This document shows positions 19,096 through 28,275 of a stretch of 41,530 bases of DNA, piece after piece; within the stretch, counting starts at the first letter, position 1, and the number at the start of each line of letters is the position of its first letter. The notes under the pieces were generated by a model. The model did not search any database and was not told where the DNA came from. It saw only the letters and a list, made by a program, of their open reading frames with translations. The translations under genes and the position numbers were made by a program. Location of the stretch: contig JANPGB010000120.1 in assembly GCA_031423695.1 (NCBI GenBank), positions 1 to 41,530 on the forward strand, given 5' to 3'. The stretch is from Verrucomicrobiota bacterium. Its GTDB lineage: Bacteria > Verrucomicrobiota > Verrucomicrobiia > Limisphaerales > CAIQOK01.

Positions 19096-20280
19096 TCATC
19101 GAATCTTCAGTGTGCTCAACGCCACCACCGCACAAAGAATGCACAGGATGTAAAACCGCATCACCACCTGCGATTCATACCATCCCTGCTTCTCAAAATG
19201 GTGATGGATGGGGGCCATCAGAAACAGCCGCCGCCCCGTTCCGCTGCGCCGCCGCGTCCATTTGAACCAGCCCTTCTGCAAAATCACCGAGCCGGCCTCC
19301 ATCACGAACACCCCGCCGGCGATCACCAGCACCAGCGGTTGATGAATCAGCACCGCGGTGATGCCCAGCGCCCCGCCGAGCGCGAGCGAACCGGTGTCGC
19401 CCATGAACATCTGCGCCGGATGACAGTTGAACCACAGGAAGCCGAGACCCGCGCCGATCAGCGCCGCGCAAAATACCGTCAGCTCCCCCGCCCCGCTCAC
19501 GTAGGGAATCTGCAGATACGTCGCCGCCTTCACGTTGCCCGCCAGATACGTCAGCACCAGGAAAACAAACGAGACGATCAGCGTGCAGCCAATCGCGAGG
19601 CCGTCCAGACCGTCCGTCAAATTCACCGCGTTGGAACTGCCCACGATGGCGAGCATCGTCAGCAGCACGCCCAGACCGCCGCCGACGGCGATCGGATATT
19701 TGTAGAATGGCACCATCAACACGCTGACCAGATTGCTGACGAGCGCGTGTTTGAATTCCGGCAGATGCAGTTCGCTGCGCACCGGCAGCATCCACAAATA
19801 CAGCGCCACAAAAATCGCCAGCGAAAACTGCACCCAAAGCTTCACCCGTGGCGGCGTGCCGAGCCCGTTTTGCTGGGTGATCTTGGCGTAATCGTCATAG
19901 AAGCCCAGCGCCGCCAGCACGACCACCGAAAGCAGTGACAGTTGAATCAGCGTGTTCCACTGCGCCCACAGCAGCGTCGAGGCGTTCAGCGTCAGGATGA
20001 TCAAAATGCCCCCCATCGTCGGCGTGCCCTTCTTGCTGAGCAGGCGCGTCTTGAGGTCACCGGTTTGCTCGGCCACGTCCGAATACTCCTGCCCAAACTT
20101 CAGCTGTTTCAGCCAGCCGATCACCTTCGGTCCCAGCCAGAGACTCAGCAGCAGGGCCGTGACCGCCGCGCCTGCGCTGCGTACGGTGATGTACGTGAAC
20201 AGCCGCAGCGGCGACAACCGGCCGGCCCAATCCGTGCCCGCCGCCGACTTCAACAACCATTGGCTCAGGTAATAAAACAT
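19096..20280 (-). CDS. mraY: Phospho-N-acetylmuramoyl-pentapeptide transferase
   Basis: KKGTPTMGG, GFYDDY, NAVNLTDGLDGLA, FMGDTGSLALG, APIHHHFE. Confidence 0.97.
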   Translation of the reverse strand: MFYYLSQWLLKSAAGTDWAGRLSPLRLFTYITVRSAGAAVTALLLSLWLGPKVIGWLKQLKFGQEYSDVAEQTGDLKTRLLSKKGTPTMGGILIILTLNASTLLWAQWNTLIQLSLLSVVVLAALGFYDDYAKITQQNGLGTPPRVKLWVQFSLAIFVALYLWMLPVRSELHLPEFKHALVSNLVSVLMVPFYKYPIAVGGGLGVLLTMLAIVGSSNAVNLTDGLDGLAIGCTLIVSFVFLVLTYLAGNVKAATYLQIPYVSGAGELTVFCAALIGAGLGFLWFNCHPAQMFMGDTGSLALGGALGITAVLIHQPLVLVIAGGVFVMEAGSVILQKGWFKWTRRRSGTGRRLFLMAPIHHHFEKQGWYESQVVMRFYILCILCAVVALSTLKIR

Positions 20281-21675
20281 TCAGCTCTTTCTGCCGGCCG
20301 CGTCGCGCATCGCCTCCGCGATCCGCTCCAGTCGCGCGGACCGCGACGCCTTCAGCAAAACCAGGTCGCCGGCCCTCACAAAATTTTTCAGCCCCGGCAC
20401 CGCCAAGGCCACGTCGGAAAATTCCAGCACGCGATTCAACCCCGCCGCCTTCGCCCCGCGCGCCAGCAGCGGCGCCATCTTGCCCACGGCGATCAATTGG
20501 CCCACACCCAGCTCCGCCGCACGGCCCCCGACTTCCTCATGGGCCGCCTCGCTGCCCCCGCCCAATTCCGCCATGTCGCCCAACACCGCGATGCGCCGGC
20601 CCTTGCAGGGCAGATCCATCAACGTCTGCAGGGCGGCCAGCATGGAGTCGGCGTTGGCGTTGTAGCAGTCGTCCAAGACCTGCACGCCGCCGGCTTCCCA
20701 AAGCTGACCGCGCATTTTCGGTGGCTCGCAGGCTTCCAGACCGCGACGAATTTCCGCCGCGCTCAAACCCAGCTCCGCGCCAAGCGCAATCGCAAACAAC
20801 GCGTTCACCGCCTGATGCCGGCCGAGCAGGCGCAGCTTATATTCGCCGCATAAATCCGGCAGCGGCCCGTCCACGCGAAAAACGAGTTCGTGTTTTTCGT
20901 AACGAACTGCACCCGCGCGCCAGTCGTTTGATTTGGCAAAGCCCACACGCACGACCCCCGCCCGCGCGCGTTTGGCAATCGAGGACGTCCACTCGCTGTC
21001 GCCGTTGAGAAAAAGTTTTCCGTCCGCCGGCAGCCGTTCTGCCAGTGCGCCCTCCTCGTGCGCGACGCCGGCGAGGTCCAAAAAAAACTCCAGATGCTCG
21101 CGCCCGATGCTGGTGAGCACGCCGTATTGCGGCTGAATCATGTCCACCAGCGGGGCCAGCTCGCCGGGATGGTTGGTGCCGACTTCCAGCACGGCGGCGG
21201 CGTGCGTTTTCTCCAGGCGCAGCAAGGTGGTCGGCACCCCGATGTCGTTGTTGAAACTCGCGTCGCTGGACAGTGTGCAAAATTTCTGCCGCAGCACCGA
21301 GGCGATCAAATCCTTCGTCGTGGTTTTCCCATTCGAGCCGCCGACGGCGATGACGGGCAGGGTAAATTGTTTTCGATACGCGGCCGCCAGCTGTCCCAGG
21401 GCCGCGCGCGGTTCGTCCACGACAATCGCCGCGCAGTCCGCCAATTTTTCCGGCTGCCGGGCGCGTGCCATGACAATTGCACCCGCGTGCTTGCCCGCGA
21501 CTTCGTTGAGAAAATCGTGGCCGTCGAACCGGTCGCCTTTGATCGCCAGAAACAAATCCCCGGGCGCGAGCTGCCGGGAATCCGTGCAGACGCGCCGCAC
21601 CATCGCCTGCGATTCGCCGCGCAGGATTTTTCCACCCACGGCGTCCGCGACAAATTTCAGGGTGCGCGCTTCCAT
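20281..21675 (-). CDS. murF: UDP-MurNAc-tripeptide--D-Ala-D-Ala ligase
   Basis: TDSR, GSNGKTTTK, NNDIGVP, E.GTNHPGE, DDCYNANADSM, LGDMAELG, LKASR. Confidence 0.95.
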   Translation of the reverse strand: MEARTLKFVADAVGGKILRGESQAMVRRVCTDSRQLAPGDLFLAIKGDRFDGHDFLNEVAGKHAGAIVMARARQPEKLADCAAIVVDEPRAALGQLAAAYRKQFTLPVIAVGGSNGKTTTKDLIASVLRQKFCTLSSDASFNNDIGVPTTLLRLEKTHAAAVLEVGTNHPGELAPLVDMIQPQYGVLTSIGREHLEFFLDLAGVAHEEGALAERLPADGKLFLNGDSEWTSSIAKRARAGVVRVGFAKSNDWRAGAVRYEKHELVFRVDGPLPDLCGEYKLRLLGRHQAVNALFAIALGAELGLSAAEIRRGLEACEPPKMRGQLWEAGGVQVLDDCYNANADSMLAALQTLMDLPCKGRRIAVLGDMAELGGGSEAAHEEVGGRAAELGVGQLIAVGKMAPLLARGAKAAGLNRVLEFSDVALAVPGLKNFVRAGDLVLLKASRSARLERIAEAMRDAAGRKS

Positions 21676-22449
21676 TCAGTTCAACGTAAAGGTGGTGGTG
21701 ACGACGGCCATGATGGTTTTCTCCACCGAGGTTGTGTCGTTCATGCCCTCGCCGCTGGTCTGCGAATTGTTCAACGGCGTGATCTGGAAGATTCCCATTT
21801 CGGCGTCGTGCAGGTTCGCGATGCCGCGCCCGCCCTGCGTGGCGATCTGTTCGGCGCGGGTCCGCGCGTCCTTGGTCGCCTCGCCCAGCATCTCGATCTT
21901 GGCCTCGCCGGCCTTGGTGTAGATGAAGCGCGGCGAATCCGTGGTGAACAAGACGCCCTGCTCCACCAGTGCCGTGGAGTCGCTGTCCAACTGCACGATG
22001 CGATCCACGTCTGCTGAGCGAACTTCGACCGACTGCCGCAATTTGTAGCCCACGTTCCGTTCTTCCGCGCCGGTAACCTTCCAGTTACCCGACTCACTAT
22101 TCGTCACCAGGGTTTGGAACGTGGCGCGCTTCTCCTCAATGACGATGGGCGTGAACGCATGGTTCGTCATGCCAGCATGGTTCAGAAAGTCATCCACACG
22201 AACCCGGTCTTCCTTCAACTTCCGCTGCGCCTCCAGCAGCGTGGCGGCCTCGGTGGTGAAGCTGCCGCTCCAGATCGCAAGGTCGGACCTGATGTTTTTG
22301 CGCGCCGAACCTTTGACGGTGATGAACTGGGAGTTCTTGATTTTCACCCACGCCGTTGTGCCGAGCATGGCCGAAAAAACCAGGCCGGCGGCCAGGAAAA
22401 GTCCCGCCAGCATCCCGAACAGATGGGGCCGGGAAAGATTGGCATTCAC
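21676..22449 (-). CDS. SIMPL (DUF541) domain protein occupying the murE position
   Basis: N-terminal TM; ITVKGSA....SDLAIW; K.EML.EATKDA..RAEQIA; GIFQIT; EK....VV..TF.L. Confidence 0.85.
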   Translation of the reverse strand: MNANLSRPHLFGMLAGLFLAAGLVFSAMLGTTAWVKIKNSQFITVKGSARKNIRSDLAIWSGSFTTEAATLLEAQRKLKEDRVRVDDFLNHAGMTNHAFTPIVIEEKRATFQTLVTNSESGNWKVTGAEERNVGYKLRQSVEVRSADVDRIVQLDSDSTALVEQGVLFTTDSPRFIYTKAGEAKIEMLGEATKDARTRAEQIATQGGRGIANLHDAEMGIFQITPLNNSQTSGEGMNDTTSVEKTIMAVVTTTFTLN

Positions 22450-24344
22450 GGATTGGTTCCTCCGGTGCGGACCACCCGCAGGTCAGCCGTCTGCGCCAGC
22501 GTGTCGGATTTGGCCGGCTGATTGTCCGGCTGGATGTTCAAGTAGCTCGCCGCGCGCTCGGCAATCTGCTTGAAGGTCGGCGCGGCCACCAGGCCTCCGT
22601 AATAACCTTCCTTGGGCTCATCCAAAACCACGGAGATGCACAACTCGGGATTATCCGCCGGGAAAAAGCCTATGAACGAAGAGACATATTTGCCGTGGAC
22701 GTACTGCCCCCCTTCAACCTTTTGCGCGGTGCCGGTTTTTCCCGCCACGGTATAATTCGTCATCGCCGCCTTCACCGCCGTGCCTCCGGTCAAAACCACG
22801 GTCTTTAGCGCCTCGACCATTTGCCTGGCCGTGGCTTCACTCACCACCTGGCGAACGAGTTGCGGTTCGTAACGGGCGACCGTGCCACCGCCGGCGTCCT
22901 CGAGATGATCCACGAGCATCGGCCGCATGAGCCGGCCGTTGTTGGCGATGGCGCACATGGCCATCACCATCTGCAACCGCGTAACCGCGATGCCATGGCC
23001 CATGGGAATCTGCGCAACGGAGACTTTGCTCCAGTTTTTCACCGGGTGGACAATGCCGGGAACTTCGCCGGGCAACGGCAGTCCCGTGCGCGCGCCAAAA
23101 CCGTAGCTGGTGATGTATTCAAAGAGCCGGTCCGGCCCGAGTTTGATGCCGATTTTCGCCGCACCAATGTTTGAGGATTTGGTGATGATGCCTTTGACGG
23201 TAAGATTGTCCTCGGGCTCGTGATCATGGAGAGTGCGACCCGCAAACGCAAAATGCCCGTGCTCGCAATAGAACACATCATTGAGACTGACGACTTTTTC
23301 GTTCAACGCGCCGGAGACCGGCACAATTTTGAATGTCGATCCTGGCTCCACGATGTCGGAGATGACGCGGTTGCGCCGGGCATCCGCCGGAGCGGCGCCG
23401 GGATTGTTGGGGTTGTAATCCGGCAGCGTCGCCATGGCGAGAATCTCCCCGGTGCGCGGGCGCGCGACGATGGCACTGATGCTGATGGGAGTATGCTTCT
23501 CCATCGCGTCGGCCAGGGCCGACTCGACGATGTGCTGGACGTAGGCATCAATCGTCAGCACCACGTTCAAGCCGTCCCGCGCATCCACGTCCTGCTCGCG
23601 CAGCGTCACGAGTTCGCGACCCCGGTTGTCCGTCTCCGTACGCCGCCAGCCGCGCACGCCGCTCAGCTTGGAATTGAGAAACAATTCCACGCCGTCCTTG
23701 CCGGTGATCTCGGTGATCGAGCCTTTGTCGGCGAGCTCGCGTTCCTCGCTGGTGGCGTAACCCAGCACATGCGCCGCCAGATTCTGGCCGGGATAAATGC
23801 GCAGCTGGTCTTTTTCCACAAAAATGGATTTCTGCCGCAGGGCGCTGTAGAAGGATCGTTCCCGCAACGGCAGTTTTTTCTCGTCCAGACCGAAATTGAG
23901 ATTGGTCATGGCGGCTTGAATGGCCTGCCAGGTGTCCACGGAAACCTTGCGCTGGAGACGCGCGTATTGGTTCGTGAACGATTCTCCTTTGTCATTTTGG
24001 CGGACCTTGGGGGTGAGCCGCTGGGTCAGTTCCGACTCCGACAGTTTCAGCAGGGGCGCCAGGACCCGCACGACTTCGCCCCGCCGCGCCCCCAGCAACG
24101 TCGGGTCGGCGCAGACGGTCAGCACCGGCACGCTGGTCGCGAGGATGTTTCCCTTCACATCCAGAATGTCTCCGCGCCGGGGCTCCAGGAAAAATTTCCG
24201 CTGCGTGTTCTGCTGCGCCTTCCGTCCCAGCTCCTCGTGGCGCAACACCTGCACGTCCGCCAGATGGTAACCCAGCCCCGCAAACGCACAGGCCAGCAGT
24301 CCGGCGAGCAGCCACAGTCTTTGGTATTGCAGTCGTTTGGCCAT
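22446..24344 (-). CDS. ftsI: Class B penicillin-binding protein FtsI/PBP3
   Basis: RG.I.D, G.DGVE; SxxK (EPGSTFK), SxN (KSSNIG) and KTG (GKTGTAQK) intact. Confidence 0.95.
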   Translation of the reverse strand: MAKRLQYQRLWLLAGLLACAFAGLGYHLADVQVLRHEELGRKAQQNTQRKFFLEPRRGDILDVKGNILATSVPVLTVCADPTLLGARRGEVVRVLAPLLKLSESELTQRLTPKVRQNDKGESFTNQYARLQRKVSVDTWQAIQAAMTNLNFGLDEKKLPLRERSFYSALRQKSIFVEKDQLRIYPGQNLAAHVLGYATSEERELADKGSITEITGKDGVELFLNSKLSGVRGWRRTETDNRGRELVTLREQDVDARDGLNVVLTIDAYVQHIVESALADAMEKHTPISISAIVARPRTGEILAMATLPDYNPNNPGAAPADARRNRVISDIVEPGSTFKIVPVSGALNEKVVSLNDVFYCEHGHFAFAGRTLHDHEPEDNLTVKGIITKSSNIGAAKIGIKLGPDRLFEYITSYGFGARTGLPLPGEVPGIVHPVKNWSKVSVAQIPMGHGIAVTRLQMVMAMCAIANNGRLMRPMLVDHLEDAGGGTVARYEPQLVRQVVSEATARQMVEALKTVVLTGGTAVKAAMTNYTVAGKTGTAQKVEGGQYVHGKYVSSFIGFFPADNPELCISVVLDEPKEGYYGGLVAAPTFKQIAERAASYLNIQPDNQPAKSDTLAQTADLRVVRTGGTNP

Positions 24345-24354
24345 CTAAAAGACA

Positions 24355-24496
24355 CCAGCCGCCCGTGGCGATCGGTTCCTCTCCGACGGCGTCACGGGCG
24401 GTGGTAAAAAAGGGTTCATGGTTCGCTCAATTCATTCCATTCCAAATCCAAATGCCAGCCGCCCGTGGCGATCGGTTCCTCTCCGACGGCGTCACG
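24355..24496. repeat. Two identical 42-bp hairpin-forming direct repeats, 100-bp period, between ftsL and ftsI
   Basis: ccagccgcccgtggcgatcggttcctctccgacggcgtcacg at 24355-24396 and 24455-24496. Confidence 0.9.
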
Positions 24497-24513
24497 AACG
24501 GCGGCAAAAATCA

Positions 24514-24891
24514 TCAGCGCCGCGCCTGCATTCCGGCCCGTTGCGCGTACTGCCGGTCGGCCTGGGCCGACGGTTCCAGGACCGGCTCGCTCAACCGCCA
24601 GAACTGCGCGGAGGACGGCGGCACGAGGCCGAGGCCCAATTCCTTGACGCGCATCTCCAAAAACTGCGGCGACCGCATCAGCCCCAGCTGCCGCTTCAAT
24701 TTTTCGTTTTGCCCCTGCAGATCGAGGACGCGCTTTTCGTTGCGGGAAATCTGACGGCCCAGTTCACCGATCCGGCCCTTCTGCCAGACGTAGCCCACGC
24801 CCGCGCCGCCGAACAGCGAGCAGAGCAGGACGACCCAGATCACCGGGCCGAACCGGATCGCCGCCGACTGATTTTTTCGATTCTTGGCCAT
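24514..24891 (-). CDS. ftsL: FtsL-like cell division protein
   Basis: Basic N-terminus, one TM, coiled coil, SP..LE....ELGL.P; located between rsmH and ftsI. Confidence 0.8.
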   Translation of the reverse strand: MAKNRKNQSAAIRFGPVIWVVLLCSLFGGAGVGYVWQKGRIGELGRQISRNEKRVLDLQGQNEKLKRQLGLMRSPQFLEMRVKELGLGLVPPSSAQFWRLSEPVLEPSAQADRQYAQRAGMQARR

Positions 24892-25824
24892 CTAAATTTT
24901 CTCCATCACCCGCAGTTGCGCACTGCGGCTGCGGGGGTTTTGCGCCAGTTCCACTTCCCCCGGCAGCACCGCTTTCCGAGTCACCAACATCAGCTCCGGC
25001 GTGCGCGGCACCCGCAGCTCCGGGATGTCCACTTCACCGGCGAACGAATAATCCCGCGCCCGCTCGCGACCGAAATTCTTCACCACCCGGTCTTCCAGCG
25101 AGTGAAACGTGATCACCGCCAGCCGTCCGCCGGGCTTCAATATCTTCAGCGCCCCGGCCAGGCCGCGCTCCAGCGAGCCGATCTCGTCGTTCACTGCGAT
25201 ACGCAAGGCCTGGAACACCTTCGTCGCCGGATGCGCTTTTTTCCCGTGACGCGGCGAAATTCGTTCGAGCAGCTCCGCCAGTTGCCGCGTCGTGGTAAAG
25301 CGCCGCAGCTCCCGGTCATGCACCATCGCCCGCGCCAGCCGCCGGGAATCCCGTTCGCCGCCGTATTCCCAAAAAATCTTCGCCAACTCTTCCGGCCCCG
25401 CCGTGTTCACCAGGTCCGCCGCCGAGAGCGCCTGCCGCGAATCCATCCGCATGTCGAGCGGGCCGTCGCTCTGAAAACTAAAGCCGCGTTCCGCCATGTC
25501 GAGCTGCGGCGAACTCACGCCCAGATCCAGCAGAACCCCGTCACAGCTTCCTATGGGCACCCACTCCGGGAGTTCCGAAAAATTCCCGCGCCGGATCTCG
25601 AACCGGCCCGCAAACTCGGCCAGCCTGGCACCCGCCGCCTCAACGGCGATGCCATCGCGATCGCACCCCGACAACCACCCAGTCGGCGAACTCGCGGCTA
25701 GTATCGCGCTCGCGTGGCCAGCTCCACCCAGCGTCCCGTCGGCGTACCGCCCGTCCGCCCTCGGCCGGAGCGCCGCCAGCACTTCCGCCAGCAGCACCGG
25801 TTTGTGGGCGAAGGAGGGTGGCAC
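24892..25824 (-). CDS. rsmH: 16S rRNA m4C1402 methyltransferase
   Basis: HKPVLL.E, DGTLGGAGH, DLGVSSPQLD..ERGFSF, FQALRIAVN.E, FHSLEDR, NPRSRSA. Confidence 0.97.
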   Translation of the reverse strand: MPPSFAHKPVLLAEVLAALRPRADGRYADGTLGGAGHASAILAASSPTGWLSGCDRDGIAVEAAGARLAEFAGRFEIRRGNFSELPEWVPIGSCDGVLLDLGVSSPQLDMAERGFSFQSDGPLDMRMDSRQALSAADLVNTAGPEELAKIFWEYGGERDSRRLARAMVHDRELRRFTTTRQLAELLERISPRHGKKAHPATKVFQALRIAVNDEIGSLERGLAGALKILKPGGRLAVITFHSLEDRVVKNFGRERARDYSFAGEVDIPELRVPRTPELMLVTRKAVLPGEVELAQNPRSRSAQLRVMEKI

Positions 25825-25838
25825 GCATCAGTTCTCCC

Positions 25839-26453
25839 TCACGCCGCCGACCCCTGCGAGACGGCCAGTTCGCTGCGCGTCTGCGTGTGCAACGCCGGTT
25901 TGAAATTCGTCTCCTGGCTGAATGTCCGGGCCGGCACCACTTCCACGTCGGCGTCATTCAAATCGTTGCGCACGACCTTGATGTTTTGCAGCGATAGCTC
26001 GCCCTGCACCACCGGCTTGTCAAAGCGTGGAATGGCCGGCTTGGCAGCGGATTTTTGTCCGCCCGACCACCGGGCCGGACTCAGTTTCTCCAGCATCACC
26101 CCGGCCCAGTCCAGAAAGATTTCCCACCGCTTCGGCTTGGCATTTTCCGGGGCGGCGCTGTGACGTGCGGCGACAAACGGCAGCCGTCTCGTCTCCTTCA
26201 TTTTCGCCGACAACTCCGGCAGGCGCTGGGTCTCCTTCAGGTTGGCCGCCGGAATGCGGGCAGCCCGCACCAGCGGCCTGGACAGCGGCTCCGTCACGGC
26301 CGGAGCCGGCTCTTTTTTCGCCGGCGGCGTGAACGGATTTTTGGATGAACCAAATTTCGGCAGATAATTCTTGCCGGGCATGTGGTAGCGGCTCGTGGAA
26401 TTTTTCAAGTCCACCAAAGTTTTCCCGTTGGTCAGTAATTGCATCAGGCTCAT
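25839..26453 (-). CDS. Hypothetical protein embedded between mraZ and rsmH
   Basis: 204-aa co-directional ORF with 5- and 14-nt gaps to neighbours; motifs LPKFGS.KNPF and QGELSL.NIKVVRNDL.DAD.E.V. Confidence 0.75.
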   Translation of the reverse strand: MSLMQLLTNGKTLVDLKNSTSRYHMPGKNYLPKFGSSKNPFTPPAKKEPAPAVTEPLSRPLVRAARIPAANLKETQRLPELSAKMKETRRLPFVAARHSAAPENAKPKRWEIFLDWAGVMLEKLSPARWSGGQKSAAKPAIPRFDKPVVQGELSLQNIKVVRNDLNDADVEVVPARTFSQETNFKPALHTQTRSELAVSQGSAA

Positions 26454-26458
26454 GGTTA

Positions 26459-26929
26459 TTACTCCATCATTTTGAACGCTTCCGTCGCCATCACAGCGTC
26501 GGTCGCGCGAACTTTTTCATAACGGTCCGGATTCCAAATCTCGAACCGGTCCAGCAAACCCACCAGCATGGCTTCTTCGTCTATTTTCAGGCCGGCCGCG
26601 GTTGCCATGGCCTCGGGCAAACAAATGCGCCCCCCCTTGTCGAGCGCCACCTGCACCGACTCACTGCCGATAAATCTTTTCAACACCACCTTGTTCGGAT
26701 CACTGTTTGGCATCGCGTCAATGTCCCGCATCAACTCCGCCATCTCCTGCGGCGGCAGCACCCGCAGACACGGTCCCTCTTTCGATTTTGGCCACAGGAT
26801 CAAAGTGAACTCCACCCCCGCTTCGGAAGGCCGCCACTTGGAAGGGATCTGCAAACGACGCGCTCCATCAACCCCGTGCCGGTAGGAGGAGTTGTAAATC
26901 GTCGTTTCGATGTTCTTCAGCGTTTCCAT
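26459..26929 (-). CDS. mraZ: Division/cell wall cluster repressor MraZ
   Basis: VD..RRLQIPSKWR; LDK.GRI.LP; VGLLDRFEIW. Confidence 0.95.
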   Translation of the reverse strand: METLKNIETTIYNSSYRHGVDGARRLQIPSKWRPSEAGVEFTLILWPKSKEGPCLRVLPPQEMAELMRDIDAMPNSDPNKVVLKRFIGSESVQVALDKGGRICLPEAMATAAGLKIDEEAMLVGLLDRFEIWNPDRYEKVRATDAVMATEAFKMME

Positions 26930-26960
26930 TCAGCAGCCAAACTTGTTCACAGCCGTATTT

Positions 26961-27020
26961 ACCACACCATTTATACCCCTAACTGCCCCACCACGCCACA
27001 GAATGTCACACAACACCCCA
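26961..27020 (-). promoter_or_regulatory. Putative MraZ operator: 5-6 TGGGN/TGTGN boxes at 10-bp period
   Basis: Successive 10-mers end in accat, cccct, cccca, ccaca, tcaca, cccca (minus strand TGGGG, TGTGA, TGTGG, TGGGG, AGGGG, ATGGT), just upstream of mraZ. Confidence 0.7.
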
Positions 27021-27198
27021 GTTTCCGTCAATACCTAAAAGTAGATTTATCAAAATGTTATTCACAATTTGGGGGCACCGCAGAAAATCAGGTCAGAAGC
27101 ACCTTGAGACGGGTGACAATCGAAAGAGTTTGGCGCGCTCATTTCTCCAAACTCCGGCTTTGAAGAACCGCGCCCTTCGCTGCTACGCTGGCACCGAC

Positions 27199-28275
27199 AT
27201 GCAAACCGCAGATTTTGATTTCGCCCTGCCGCCGGAGTTGATCGCCCAGGCACCCGCCGCCCGGCGTGACGAATCGCGGCTTCTGGTGTTGTCGCGCGCT
27301 TCGGCTGAAATCGCGCATCAAAAATTCCGGGACCTGCCTGATTTTTTTCAGGCGGGCGATGTCCTGGTGTTGAACAACTCGCGTGTCATCCCCGCCCGGT
27401 TGAGAGGCGTCAACGTCCAAACCGGCGGAAAATTTGAAATCCTGCTGCTGGAGGAAAATACCCGCAACGACTGGTGGACCATGCTGCGCCCAGGAAAACG
27501 CGCGCGCGTCGGCACCGAAATCATGCTAGTCGATCCGACCGGCCAACCGACGGAGGTGCGAGCCGCCGTGCTCGACACCGGCGAAGAAGGCCATCGCCGG
27601 CTGCGATTCACCGGCACGGAAAACATTCTTGACCGGCTCGCTGCTCTCGGCGACATGCCGCTGCCGCCGTACATCAACCGTAAAAACTCCCCGCACGCAG
27701 CAGCGGATCGCGAACGTTACCAGACTGTTTTCGCACAAACCGCCGGCTCGGTCGCAGCCCCCACGGCGGGCTTGCATTTCACCGACACGCTGCTCGACGC
27801 CATCCGTTCGCGCGGCGTCCAGGTTTGTTTTGTCACGCTGCACGTGGGACTGGGAACCTTTGCTCCTGTAAAAGCGGCGGATATTTTCGACCACAAAATG
27901 CACGAGGAACGCTTTGAGTTAGGCGAGGAAACTGCGCAGCTTGTGAACACCGCCAAGCGTGAGAAACGCCGTGTTTTCGCGGTCGGAACCACCAGCGTGC
28001 GCGTCCTCGAAAGTGCGGCCGCACACGGCGAAGGGCCGCTCAGGGCTGGCGCCGGTCGCACGCGGATTTTTATTCATCCGCCGCGCGCTTTCAAAATCGT
28101 GGATGCGCTGCTCACCAACTTCCACCTCCCCTGCTCCACGCTGCTGATGCTTGTCAGCGCCTTCGCCACGCCGGGTGAAACGCGCGGTCGAGAAATAATC
28201 CTATCCGCCTACGCCGAGGCCATCCGCGAGCGTTACCGCTTCTTCAGCTACGGCGACGCGATGCTGATTTTATGA
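27199..28275 (+). CDS. queA: SAM:tRNA ribosyltransferase-isomerase
   Basis: FDF.LP.ELIAQ.P, MPLPPYI, RYQTVFA..GSVAAPTAGLHF, VGTTSVR.LES, TNFHLP.STL, YRFFSYGDAMLI; TACGCT (-10-like) at 27184-27189. Confidence 0.97.
   Translation: MQTADFDFALPPELIAQAPAARRDESRLLVLSRASAEIAHQKFRDLPDFFQAGDVLVLNNSRVIPARLRGVNVQTGGKFEILLLEENTRNDWWTMLRPGKRARVGTEIMLVDPTGQPTEVRAAVLDTGEEGHRRLRFTGTENILDRLAALGDMPLPPYINRKNSPHAAADRERYQTVFAQTAGSVAAPTAGLHFTDTLLDAIRSRGVQVCFVTLHVGLGTFAPVKAADIFDHKMHEERFELGEETAQLVNTAKREKRRVFAVGTTSVRVLESAAAHGEGPLRAGAGRTRIFIHPPRAFKIVDALLTNFHLPCSTLLMLVSAFATPGETRGREIILSAYAEAIRERYRFFSYGDAMLIL

Noticed and set aside
24355-24496. Mini CRISPR array
   Set aside because: Only two repeats with one 58-nt spacer, inside a core operon, no cas genes; long hairpin shape fits a REP-like element
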